Shown in pieces: positions 1 to 12,144 of a stretch of 64,000 nt of DNA. Under the pieces are notes generated by a model. It saw only the letters and a list, made by a program, of their open reading frames with translations. It was not told the origin of the DNA and did not search any database. The stretch is from positions 1-64,000 of the forward strand of contig NIVC01001451.1 of NCBI GenBank assembly GCA_002269645.1. The letters are read 5' to 3'. The translations under genes and the position numbers were made by a program. The stretch comes from Macrostomum lignano (taxonomy: Eukaryota). The first letter of the stretch is position 1; each line of letters starts with the position of its first letter.

Positions 1-450
1 ACTACCTTTCGTGATTTATTATATTTCGTGATTTATATTATAGCATTGGGATTGATATCGAATTGAGAGGAAACACAACTTATCAAGAAATTTATCGGTC
101 GCACTCTATCAGACCATCTCAGGGTACCGCTCTTCAGCTGGTGCAGAATAAGCATGTTTTGGCCTTAGCCCAAGCATCGCAGCTACCGCTATTTAAAGTT
201 ATTTTGGGATATCTGTCAGCGGAAATAGAGAGACGCGCTCACTCCGTCAGCTAAGAGTTCGGGACATTTAGCCCAGTTAATCCGAGCCAGACGCTTAGTC
301 ATTACGGTTAAAAGTCCTGGTGATTCATAGTCTGGCCGTTAGACAAAGACACCGTGGGAAAGGTAGCCCAGCGGAAATCTAGACTCATAGCGAGACCATT
401 AGCCCAGGAGAATTCTAGGGCGGTCGAGACGATTGGCCAATTCCGCATAG

Positions 451-856
451 TGCCAGACCGCGGGTCCTATCACAGCTGGCTCTCTCGGTGGATGCAAAAA
501 GCCGGCTACGGTCTGCGAAATCCGCTGTTATTTGAAACGGCTGATGCAGTGTCTCGACATCCCGGGTTTGATAAGCGAGGATCTGCGCGACACAATCGGC
601 GCTCACTTGGACAGTTTGTCCTATTTAATGTTAATACAAACGGTGTCCGCACTTGAAAAAGTAATGTAATTTTTAATTACCTACCATTACCTGAAGCAGC
701 CCACTAGGAATTGGACGGCATTGGATGGAAGGCGGAATACTTTGACGGGCTGGTTGACCGCCCAGAACTGTGAGCTGCTCACCAGCGAGAAAATTAAAGC
801 CATGTTTGAGATGAAGGATGCTGTGCTGGCAGAAGCGCGGTCATACAAGGACAGGT
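451..856 (+). other. Possible spliced exon pair of an unidentified gene
   Basis: An open frame ending at 660 (..LMQCLDIPGLISEDLRDTIGAHLDSL..ALEK) joins in phase across a 39-nt GT..AG intron (661-699, which contains an in-frame stop) to an open frame from 700 to about 853 (PTRNWTALDGRR..EARSYKD), followed by GTGAAT. No recognisable domain. Confidence 0.3.
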
Positions 857-1099
857 GAATTTAATTTTTTTCTAAGACTTTTTATGTCAAGGTTTAAAAT
901 TAAAGAGTTTTCTGTCATGTTAAGATTATTCGACTAATAGATTTAAAAAATGGCGCTGGCATATAACAGTGGCACTGGTATTAAAAGTGGCACTGGCATT
1001 CAAAGTGGCAAGAGTAAATCTCCCTCCATCTTATCTCTAATTGGTTGATTTTCGAGGTCGCGGTGCGCAGTGCCGAAACACCGTCGACCACCTGTTTGG

Positions 1100-2172
1100 A
1101 GTTGGATGTTAAAATCAAACATACCTACAAGTTTATTGTGGATACCGGAGCCTGATCGGTTTCCATTGTTCCACCTCACCTCGTTAACGCACTTGTTATG
1201 CAAACATTCGTTTAGTTACTGCTACCGGAGCCGCCATACAAATTCACGGGTCGGTCCTACTGGATGTTCTCAATCCCCGGTTTGCATCGCACCTTCCAGT
1301 GGACCTTCAGTAGTAAAACCCATCATTGGTTACGACTTCTTGGCTTACCATGGGTTAGTTGTCGATTACCAGCGCAAACACATTCGAGACTCAGAAACGG
1401 GACTGTCAACTGTTACCTTGTCAATTTCATATGTTCATTGTGGCCCACTCACTGAGTCGGTAGAACTGCCACCCAACCTAGATTCTCGGACGAGCACGCT
1501 GTTGACAAATTTTGCAGATTGTTTTTTTTTCGTTGAAAGCGGAGCCCTTCCGCCAGATTCAGAGGTCAAGCATGAGACTGTTCACCGGCTAGACACTGGT
1601 AGTGGAGAACCGGTTCACTTGCGACCTTGGCAACTGCACCCTGCAAAACTGCAGGCTGCAAAGTAGGAGTTTCAGCAGTTAATTGATGCCGGCTACCTCA
1701 GACCATTCTCAAGCGCTTGGGCGTCACCCCTCTACATGGCACCCAAGGGAGCTGGCTGGCGTCCATGCGGTGTCTATCGCGAACTGAACAAACGAACAAA
1801 TTCGGACAACTATCCGGTTCCACATATTCATACCTTCACTCGGTACCTACACGGAAGCACTGTGTTTTCAAAGTTAGACCTTGTTCGCGCCCTTCATCAG
1901 ATTCCAGTCGCAGAAGAAGATATATGCAAAACCGCTATCACCACACCGTTTGGATTGTTCGAGTACACACATGCCCTTCGGCCTGAGGAATGCAGCACAA
2001 AATTTCAACGCTTCATTGACTGTTTTTTACGGACTGTCATTCATCATATCTTACATCGATGATACCCTGATATTCTTGAGGACTCGGAAAGACCACTACT
2101 CGCATTTGGAACAGGTTTTGGACCGCCTACAAACACGGACTGCAGGTTCACTTGAAGAAATTTGAGTTCTTG
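1100..2172 (+). mobile_element. Degenerate Ty3/Gypsy LTR-retrotransposon pol fragment (protease + RT)
   Basis: Protease motif FIVDTGA* near 1133, [52 protein letters not shown] and YIDD. Several stops and frameshifts; truncated at about 2172. Confidence 0.9.
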
Positions 2173-2903
2173 AACATTAGACGGTGGTGGCCGTGGAGGG
2201 CCTCGTTACGCAGATCTTCGGCACCCCACGGTCCCCACTGTCGGTCCTGGGCTCGGACCCGGCCGGTGTGGTCACACTGGCTCGCGCAACCCTGCGTCAC
2301 GCGAGGTGTTAGCCTGCAGCCAAAGCTGGAAGAGGCCTGTAGCTGGCTCTGCAGGCAGGAAAGAAGTTGGCAGAAGGCAGCTATCCTCACAGACAGCGCG
2401 AGCGCCCTGAAGGTAATATTCGGAAACAGCAAACACCAACACGCAGGAGAGATCAGATGGAAGCTGGAAGAGTTGAAGGAGAGGGGAAAGATTGTCGAGC
2501 TTGCCTGGATCCCAGCGCACTGCGGGCTCCCGGGAAACGAGGAGGCAGACAAAGTGGCTGCGACAGCCTGCGAGGAGGACCAGCAAGAGGCGACGGTGGG
2601 CAAGAGCGCTGTGTGACAGGCGATCGAGGCGGCAGAAGCTGAGAAAGCTAAAAAAGCTGGAGGGGCGCACCCGCGCTGTGAAAAGACCTACAGCGGCAAC
2701 CGAGCAACCATTAAGAAGACGACCTTTGAAAGCACAGGAGACGCCACCAGCTTCAGGAGAGCTAGAACTGGCCACTCGCTCGAACTGGCGAGCTACAGGA
2801 AAAGACTTGGAAAAGAAACGGACGGCATCTGCAGAAAATGCGGGCTTGAGGAGGAAAGCATCGAGCATGTCAGTGCCCAGCCACCTTCTGGAAAAGACAG
2901 GAG

Positions 2904-3161
2904 TGTTAAAGATGTTATAAGTAATCGTTTATCTTAAAATAGTCAACTTTATATTTATAGTAAGTGAATCCAAGTTTTCCTTCTAGAATTTTCTATAACA
3001 GACTGCTTAATTATATCTATGGTTTTCGACTCCCTTACCTGTACCACTAAGTTTTGTTTGAGCTACGCCAGTGCTAAATTCCATGTTAACCCTTCTTTTG
3101 CTATCTTTCTCAAAACTCAATAAACGCCGATTCATTATAATTTAACAAGGCTTTCTTAATA
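2904..3161 (+). repeat. Copia 5' LTR
   Basis: TGTTAA...TTAATA; direct repeat of 7309-7566; AATAAA near the 3' end. Confidence 0.97.
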
Positions 3162-3173
3162 GGTTATGGGCCC
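3162..3173 (+). promoter_or_regulatory. Copia primer-binding site
   Basis: GGTTATGGGCCC directly after the LTR, the same type as the Drosophila copia PBS, which is primed by an internal tRNA-iMet fragment. Confidence 0.85.
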
Positions 3174-3315
3174 TGCGCCCTTCCACTGTGATCTACTGCA
3201 GTGTGAACAATAAAGCTGCTTCAGTGGCAGTGCGTCAGTCGGCGTGATTGTCAGGCTCTACCGTCTCTTAGAAAGTTCAAGCTCAGCAGTCCAGTTGTGC
3301 TGGTGGATCGACACG

Positions 3316-6300
3316 ATGTCTTTCGATGCCAAACTACTGGTTGAGAAGTTGGATAGTTCCAACTACACTGTCTGGAAGTTCAAGATGAAGAACGTCCTGA
3401 TGGAGCGAGAACTTTGGGAAGTTGTTGATGGTACAGAGACACTTGCTGAGGACGCGACCAACGAGGTCAAAGTTCAGTTCAAGCGGCGTGCGAACAAAGC
3501 CCTAGCGACTATCGTATTGGCTGTTGCGGATAGTCAAATTCATCTAATTGAGGATGCAGAAACTCCGAAGGAAGCGTGGGATAAGCTTCAAGCATATTTC
3601 GAGCGGAGTTCACTGGCAAATAAATTGTTTCTTAATCGGAAACTACAAGCGCTCAAGATGGTGGAAGGTGCATCCATGCAGGAGCATGTTAATCAGTTCA
3701 AGGATATCGTCAAACGACTGTCGGCTATCGGGGCAGGTGTTCCCGAGGACTATCAAGTCACGATTCTGCTAAACAGTTTGCCGAAGTCATATGACGGGTT
3801 GATTACTGCCCTGGAATCGCGAGCGGACGACTTGACGATGAATTTCGTACTCGAGCGGCTTTTGCACAAGGAGTCAAAACGACTTGAACAGGAAAGCTGT
3901 GAACCTAGCAGCAATTCAAAGGCTCTGGTTGGATTCAAGAGGCAACAGCACCAGAGTGTCAGACCAAAAGTATGTTTTTTCTGCAATAAGCCTGGTCACA
4001 TAAAGAAGCACTGTTACAAATTCAAGAATAGCCTCTCAGTGACAGGTGGATCGAACACAAATTCAAGACCACAGGATTTGAAGAAATCCAACAGAAGGCA
4101 TCAGGCGAGGATTGCAGACGCCCCAGCAAAAGACTTAAAGGACTTTTCAGCTTCAGATGAGGAAGATTCTGCATTTCCGGCGTTGTCTATGGGCACATCA
4201 CCGACAGCTAACGAGTCTAGTACATGGATTGTGGACTCAGGCGCAACGAATCATATGACTAATGATCGGACAAGTTTTGAGGAATTTGAAGATTTTTCGG
4301 TACTGGAGAACATTTCGCTAGCAGATGGACATAAGCTCGAAGCCACTGGAAAGGGAACCGTTCGGTTGTATATCAATACTGGTTCTGGTAAGAAATTGTG
4401 CGAGCTGAGCGACGTTCTATATGTACCACTTATGGAACAGAATTTGTTCTCAGTATCAGCAGTTACAAGAAAAGGCTTCCGTGTACAATTCAGCGACGAC
4501 AAGTGTCAGATTTTGAGCGCAACTGGTAAGATTGTTGGAGAAGCTTTAAAAGTTGGCAGACTGTACAAATTGAAAGGCTTTAACCTAACTAACGAGACTG
4601 CATCTGTCGCGAGAAACAACAGCATCGACCTATGGCATCAGCGCTATGGACACCTAGGTGAGCAAGACCTGAAATCTCTAATTAATGGAAAGCAAGTGGA
4701 CGGAATTGAGCTTAGCAAGGATGACGTAAAAACTGAAGGCATCAGTTTCTGCACAGCATGTGTGGAAGGAAAGCTACATCGAACGCCATTTGCAAAGGGT
4801 GAAGCGTCAAGGTCAACTGAACTATTGGGTCTAATTCACAGTGACGTGTGCGGTCCCATGAAAACTACGTCAATTGGAGGATCAAAGTATTTTGTCACAT
4901 TTATTGACGACTATTCGCGCTATTGCTCAGTTTACTTCATTAAAAGCAAGTCAGAAGTCTTAGAAAAATTCAAGATCTTTCAGGCTCTCGTCACGAATCA
5001 AACAGGCAAGTCTATCAAGATTCTTCGGACTGACAATGGTGGAGAGTATACATCGGGAGAATTTGAGGCATTCTGTGCCCGAAACGGAATCATTCACCAG
5101 ACTACTGTCCCACACTCTCCTAAACAGAACGGAGTAGCCGAGAGAATGAACCGAACCTTGGTGGAGGCAGCACGAACAATGATTGCACATGCTCATATTG
5201 GCAAGGAATTCTGGGCAGAAGCAATCTCTACGGCAGCATATCTGCGTAATCGATCAATAACGAGTGCAGTCAACAAAGCGACACCATATCAAATTTGGAC
5301 CGGCAGCAAGCCGAGTGTTCAGCATTTGCGAATATTTGGATGCGTTGCCTACGCGCATGTCCCAGCTGAGAAACGTCACAAGTTTGACTCAAAAGCTCGG
5401 GAAGTCAGATTTATTGGATACTCGGAAACCTCAAAAGGATATCGTTGTTTTGATTTCCAAACACGATCAGTTTTCGTCAGTCGCGATGTAACGTTCCAAG
5501 AGTCGTGCTTCGTGAAGCAATTAGTGGAGAAGCAGGAGACACTTCAACTGAATGCAGGTACCGAACCAGCATCGTCTGATTTCAAATGTGTTCCTGAAAC
5601 TGTCGACAAGCAAGAAGTTCGGAGATCAACTCGAGAGAAGAAGCCCGTTGACAGGTACGTGGCATCCGTCGCAACACAAATTGACGAACCGAAAACTCTA
5701 CAGCAAGCATTAGACAGCTCATTCTCTAAAGACTGGCAAGAGGCTGCGAACGCAGAGTACGAGTCACTGATGGAGAACAAGACATGGAAACTGGTTGAGC
5801 TACCAAAAGGACGTCAAACTATTGGCTGTAAGTGGGTATTTCGTGTCAAGTATAAGGCAGACAACTCAGTAGACAGATACAAAGCAAGATTGGTAGTCAA
5901 AGGATACTCTCAAGAGCATGGAGTAGATTACGAGGAGACGTATGCACCAGTAGCTCGATTTACATCAATTAGAACTCTACTGACTGTTGGAGTTTAACGA
6001 GATTGGAAAATTCACCAGATGGATGTCGTAACAGCATTTTTAAACGGCAAACTAGACGAAGAAATTTACATGGAACAACCGGAAGGATTTGTGGTTCAAG
6101 GCAAGGAAACACTAGTATGCAAACTAGAAAGAAGTCTATATGGACTCAAGCAGGCTCCTAGATGTTGGAATCAAACTCTACATGATGAACTTTTAAGTCT
6201 TAACCTAGTGCAGGCAAAGTCAGAACCGTGTATCTATGCTAACTCTCAATCTGCGATCGGTGTGTATGTGGACGACATTCTATTAACAGCATCTGACGAC

Positions 6301-7209
6301 TACATGCCCGTACTGAAGCAAGAACTGCAATCTAAATTTAAGATGAAGGATCTAGGCGAATTTCACTATTTTCTTGGAATTCAAGCTACCTGGAAGAATG
6401 GTTCATTGTTTCTAAACCAAGAGCGGTATCTAAATACCATCCTTTCTAAATTCAACATGATGGACTGCAAACCGGTATCAACACCAATGGACACAAGTGT
6501 CAAGTTCTACACTACACAGACCTGTGATGCTAAGGTGGACAAGACTATGTATCAGGCGGCAATAGGAAGTCTAAACTACGCAGCACTAGCTACACGACCA
6601 GATGTGTCATCTGCAGTGGGAGTTCTCGCGCGATATTGCTCAGACCCAACTGAACAGCATTGGAGTGGCGTGAAGCGTGTCCTGAGATATCTAAAGGGAA
6701 CCATTTCATCAGGATTGGTTTTTCAGAAGGACTCGCGTGCAATCGATCTAATTGGATATTCCGATGCAGACTGGGCTGGAGATCACAATGACCGACGTTC
6801 TACAACCGGATACATATTCAAGTTGGCTGAATGTCCGATTAGCTGGAGTAGCAAGAAGCAACAAACTGTAGCCCTATCGACGACGGAGGCCGAGTACATG
6901 GCACTCTCAGCTGCTACCCAAGAAGCCACATGGTTACAACAGTTACTACTAGATCTTCGCGTAGAAAGTCTCAAATACGTTACTATCCTAGAAGACAATC
7001 AAGGCTGTATTGCTCTAGCTAGGAATCCTGTCTTCCACAGTCGTTCTAAGCACATTGATATCCGTCACCATTTCGTGCGTGAGAAGTTGGTCGGTGGAAC
7101 TTTAAAGCTAATTTACTGTCCGTCAGAGGAGATGATCGCTGACATTCTTACTAAAGCACTGTCTAATGCCAAGTTTCAAGTGCTCAAGGAACTGATTCCT
7201 GTTCGTTAA
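3316..7209 (+). pseudogene. Copia gag-pol polyprotein with one in-frame TAA at 5995-5997
   Basis: Gag N-terminus NYTVWKFKM; knuckle CFFCNKPGHIKKHC; protease WIVDSGATNHM; integrase HSDVCGP, TDNGGEY, NGVAERMNRTL, SKGYR; RT YKARLVVKGY, YVDD; RNase H YSDADWAG, TEAEY, EDNQG, ADILTK. ORFs 3244-5997 and 6019-7209 are in the same frame. Confidence 0.96.
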
Positions 7210-7299
7210 TATGACTGCTAACTCTTTATCTAACTTTGATATTCAAGACACAATATGAACTGTTTGTACCAGTATGCACTAGTTTTTAAGCTAAACATT

Positions 7300-7308
7300 A
7301 AGTGGGAG
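7300..7308 (+). promoter_or_regulatory. Copia polypurine tract
   Basis: AAGTGGGAG immediately before the 3' LTR. Confidence 0.75.
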
Positions 7309-7566
7309 TGTTAAAGATGTTATAAGTAATCGTTTATCTTAAAATAGTCAACTTTATATTTATAGTAAGTGAATCCAAGTTTTCCTTCTAGAATTTTCTA
7401 TAACAGACTGCTTAATTATATCTATGGTTTTCGACTCCCTTACCTGTACCACTAAGTTTTGTTTGAGCTACGCCAGTGCTAAATTCCATGTTAACCCTTC
7501 TTTTGCTATCTTTCTCAAAACTCAATAAACGCCGATTCATTATAACTTAACAAGGCTTTCTTAATA
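7309..7566 (+). repeat. Copia 3' LTR
   Basis: Direct repeat of 2904-3161, followed by TSD AGGAG. Confidence 0.97.
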
Positions 7567-7708
7567 AGGAGTTGGGCATCCAGACTCTTGGTGACTGGTG
7601 GACGGAGGAGAAGGCGGCGCACGCCTTCTGGAAGTGGTGGAAGAGGAATGGCATAGGCACAGCTTGATCCGGCAACAACAACAACAACAACAACAGCAGC
7701 AGCAACAG

Positions 7709-9597
7709 TTGCACGTGGGACATGGTGTCCGATTTACGGCGCTCTTCGACCTCCCCCGAAGGAAGAGGGTCCCCTCCGCGACGAAAACGCGGCGCCGAGT
7801 AGGAGCTGCGGGATACCCGCAGTCTAGGCGTAAAGCCCAGAGGGTACTGACTACATCGTCCAAGAGGTCGATTACAGTGGATACGCGGACGACCTCGCCA
7901 TCTGGGCCTCCGGCAGGAATATCACAGATGTCCGTGAGCGCATTCAAAGGGCCCTCCACCTTATCGAAGAGTGGGCCAATAATCTTCGCATCGAACTCAA
8001 CCCTTCAAAAACTAAATACTGCCTGTTCTCTCGCAACCGAGCCGATCGAGACACCACCGTTCATCTCTCGTTGCTTGGGCGTCCTATCCCCAGTAAGCCG
8101 GCGCTGAAGTTCCTCGGGGTCTGGATTGACCGCGGACTTCTTTTCGACAAACATCTGAGCGAAATCAAGGACAAAATGCTCCGTCGAACTGCCATCATCA
8201 AAGCTTTAGCAAACCAGGATTGGGGATGGGATCGCCTCCTCCTCCTCAAAGTCTACCGTGCTTTGGTCGAGTCGGTGATCTGGCATGCTGCATCGGCCTG
8301 GACGCCCTGGTTGTCCAAGACTCGCCTGGATGAACTTGACCGCGCTCAAAGGGAGGCGCTGCGCACCATCACCGGCCTGCCACGATCGACCCCCCACGGA
8401 AGCTATTTACCTGGAGGCTCAGGTTGACCCTATCAGCGTTGAGGCCCGCAGGCGTGCTCTGCTCACCTACGAGAAAGCCATCCGTCGCCCTCTCAGTGAC
8501 CCGTTTCGCCAGATCTGTGAAAAACACTCGAACGTCCGACTCGCGGCCAACAGAGGCCTGCGCGAACAAGCGAGGCGCATCTGCGATTCCATGATGCCGC
8601 TCCCGCGTATGCCCTTCCACCTTGCTCGCCGTCCACCCTGGACCTCACTCGTCGACCAGGGCATCAACTGTTTCACCGACCTGCCAGACCTGGGAGCCAC
8701 TTCGACTGAACAAACTCTTGCAGCCATTGAGCAACGCTGCCCAGGATCCTGCACCTACTACACCGATGGCTCGGCCACCGGAGGGGTCGAAAACGGCGGA
8801 GCCGCTTGGATCTTCCTCAATCATGATGGCACCAGCCGTCGCCGCGGGCACGCAGCAGCTGGTCGCTGGTGCAACTCCTACGAAGCCGAATTAATGGCCA
8901 TCAAGCTCGCCCTGGAAGACATTATCAGCTCCGAACCGCGCCATGCCGTCAAACTGACCGACAGCCTGAGCGCCATCGCCGCCATCAAAACTGACCGTCC
9001 AACCCTCAACCTGCGGCTTGAGCAAGTTAAAGATCTCCTCGCTAACGCAGCCATGCACACAAAGATTACCCTGCAATGGGTTCCGGGACATTCGGGAGTG
9101 CCCGGTAACGAACTGGTCGACGCAGAGGCCAAGCTCGCGGCCACACTGTCTCAAGACGAGTCAGAAATTACCCTTGCAGCTGCTAAAGAGCGCATCCGCC
9201 ATCATCTCAAGTACCGCCCTACCCTTCATGGGCACTTGGCCGAGGTCTATGGTAAAACGATCTCCTTCCATCAGGGACCGCGTCGCCAACAAATCCTCGT
9301 GGCGCAGGTCAGAGCAGGCCACTGCCCTGACTCCAACTATTATCGCAACCGCACCGGCATCACCGAAGGCGGCCCCTGCCGACCTTGCCTGGATGTTCCG
9401 GACAGATTTCATTTCTGGACCTGCCCTAAGCTCGAAGCTAATCGGCGCAACATCGGCGTCACTAGTCTGAGTGACTTTGCACGTGGTGACTTGGTGGCGC
9501 AGCTCCTGGGAGCCGTCGACTGGCGGCCCCTGTGAGTTGCTCACCGCAGACAGCAACAACAACAACAGCAGCAGCAGCAACCGCAACAACAGCAGCC
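7709..9597 (+). mobile_element. Truncated I-group LINE (RT C-terminus, RNase H, zinc finger, CAA/CAG tail)
   Basis: GYADDLAIW at about 7880, ELNPSKT, KFLGVWID and DWGW. Frameshift near 8395. YTDGSA, NSYEAELMAI, LTDSLSA, QWVPGHSGVPGNELVD and CRPC..HFWTCP. Stop at 9535; tail at 9551-9597. Confidence 0.9.
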
Positions 9598-10175
9598 TAC
9601 TGTGACGGCTCGGCTGCCGGGGGCACGTCCTGCGGAGGCACCGCGGCCGTCGTCACCGTCGGCGACCCTGAGAATCCGACCATCCAGGACACCTTCCGTC
9701 AACGCGGCGCTCCCTCCACATCGTCTTTCGAGGAGGAGGTCCGAGCCGCTGCTCTCGCCATGAACTGGATCAATTAATCCGTCACCTTGGGTGCCATCAG
9801 CATCTGCACGGACAGCCAGGCCCTCCTCCGTGCGCTTGCCAGCGGCAGCCCCACCATCAGAGCCCAGCTGCCCTCCTCCACCGTTGACATCATCTGGCAA
9901 TGGGTCCCCGGCCACCAAAACATCACCGGTAACTAACTCGCCGACCTCGCCGCCAAGGAGGCCACCGCGCTGGACCTCCCTCCCCCTGCCCGGTCAGCCT
10001 GCGCAGCGCTAAAAACGCTATCTTCCGTGTCCTCCAAGACCCACCGATCAGCCACGACCGCTCTCGCCTCACCTACAGCCAGCTCAACCGCCAACTTGAA
10101 GATGGCTTCATCACCGATCGTGCTGACGCTGTGCTTCTCGCCCGCATACGCTCGGGCCACTGCAATAACAATCAG
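9598..10175 (+). mobile_element. Degenerate LINE RNase H fragment
   Basis: YCDGSAAGG, SSFEEEVRA and WQWVPGHQNITGN*LADLAAK, with stops and frameshifts. Confidence 0.75.
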
Positions 10176-11499
10176 TTAGCTGAAACAGTGGGCATTCTCA
10201 GCATAATGGGAGGCGATGAAAATCAGTCAGCCAAAAGTACACACATGCCTTTGCACTGCTAATACGAGCTAAGCCAACAGCCCGTCACTCCTTTCTGCAC
10301 ACAAATCAGCCTAGATTAAATGAAATACACTGGTGAAATAGGCAGGGATGTTGATAAAATCTCAGTTAAGTCAGACAAATTGGCAGTCGCGAAGCTTCTC
10401 TTTCAGTGAGAAGGGGAATTCCGAGGCAAAAAAATGTTTTCGAATATTTAATGCGAGATAACGCGAAAACACCATAAAATTGGTTGAGGCTTTCAGTCTG
10501 TGGAGCGTTCTACACGGACAGTATGGATAAGAGATTTATTACCCGGTACATAGTGATGACTTTGACATTCGATACAGGTGGATGATGATGATGATGACGA
10601 TTTAGTACATAGTGATGGATATAGGTGGCGGGATGGATAACGGATTGGTATGTGGCACTGTGTGGGTTAAATTCTGCATGCCAAAATAAAATAATTTGAA
10701 CTTGAACTATTTTGTTTACGATGAGCCGTCCCTCATGTGCTGAGATGGCTAGCTGAACGAGTGGCGAACATTCTCTGGCAAACAATTGATGTTCCAGATG
10801 AAGACAAGGTGTCCAGCAAGTCTTCGTTCAAGGAGACTGCAATTACTTTTGTCGAGTTTCTCAGCAGTGTTTTTCGTGACGCCACGAATGAAGACGGCCC
10901 AACTACGAATCCGCTGCATTTTGAAAGTTGACTGAGCTGCTTGTTGATAAGTGGCTTCCTCTGGCTCCTATTTGAAACCATTTTGTGTCTAAAGCACCAA
11001 GCCAATTTGAGCTGACGAAATCGTGGTAAATGTGACTGCGGAAAATTACTTTAGGAGCATCAAACATGATGTGTGCACTGCAAGGCAGAAAGGGACTTCG
11101 TGCACCAGACTTTATGACTGCATTTCTAGAGGGGACTAGACTTAGACAGAAATCAACAAGCATTATCAAATTCGGTATGCCACAAGCTGTTACCACCAAG
11201 AAGCGATCGGAGGATTCATCACGGGCTGAGGACGTTTAATCCCATAGAGTATCTACGGCGGGAAGCGAGAAGCTTCAGGTTCGGCCAAAGCTCTGGTCTT
11301 ACTCAGCACGCGAGGTAGCTGCGGGGATGCCGACATGGTCCAAAACTGCAGCAACCCCTAGTCCAGTGCCACCACTGCGCCCCCATCAAAAACTTGGCCG
11401 AGTATGCGGATGCGGATGCTGTCCCGGTTGCGGCTCCGCCCTCGACCATGAAAACCATCAGTGAGGCGGAAAAAACAACTCGCTTCAAGTCAGCAGGAA

Positions 11500-12144
11500 G
11501 CTGCGCGGACCACCCGCGGAATTTCCGGGGTGGAATTCCTGCATCTTAACATGCACGACTGCATCGCGGCCTCGAGCAACCTGATGCAGGTGGCGAATTT
11601 CACTAAACCTGGTGTTATCTTACTTCAGGAGCCCTATGCGAAGAAATCTAAGATTTTGAATATTCCTGCTGGTTTCGACTGTTTCCTAGGACCCCTTGAA
11701 ACCAAAGAGCATCCATATTCGTGCATACCCATCTCAAAGCTTTGCATAGACCAGGTCTTTTAGACAGAGACATCTGCGTAATTTAATGCAATCACATTAT
11801 CACCAACCATATGGTCATTACAGCCTCGATTTCTGACGATGGCAAAGCAGTTCTACCAATCCGTCTAACTTCACTTCCGCATCGTCCTGCTTGGAGTCAA
11901 TGGTCCTCTCGGGTCATGGCTATTTTTTGAGTCATCCTTACCTCCAGAAAAAATCTATTGTGAGAATCGCCTATTCTGCCTCTCCGGTGTTCAAAATGCG
12001 GAGGACTTCATTTGCGAATTTCCTCGCTTTTACTCAGGACAGGCTCACCTGCCTCGGCCCAAACCACTACCTAAGAACTACCGGGCGAGCCAGCATCCAC
12101 CTCCTCGACTATATCCGGATGCCCGGAACCCCCTGCAGCTAAGT
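11500..12144 (+). mobile_element. Internally deleted LOA/R1-like LINE relic
   Basis: Endonuclease start FLHLNMHDCIAASSNL..LLQEPY lies close to the ORF2 C-terminal remnants LSGHGYF and YLRTTGRA. The end CTGCAGCTAAGT matches the 3' end of the element finishing at 58458. Confidence 0.75.

Larger units (their letters stand above)
2904..7566 (+). mobile_element. Full-length Ty1/Copia LTR retrotransposon
   Basis: Two 258-bp LTRs with one difference seen. 5-bp TSD AGGAG (2899-2903 and 7567-7571). PBS, PPT and domain order gag-PR-INT-RT-RNase H. Confidence 0.98.
2175..7708 (+). mobile_element. 5'-truncated I-group (I/Ingi-like) LINE 3' end: RNase H + C-terminal zinc finger + (CAA)n tail, split by the Copia element
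   Basis: 2175-2903 encodes ILTDSASAL, AWIPAHCGLPGNEEADKVA, RTGHS and CRKCGLEEESIEHV. The frame CPATFWKRQE|LGIQTLGDWW..* resumes at 7572, after the Copia TSD. (CAA/CAG)n tail at 7673-7708. Confidence 0.85.
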
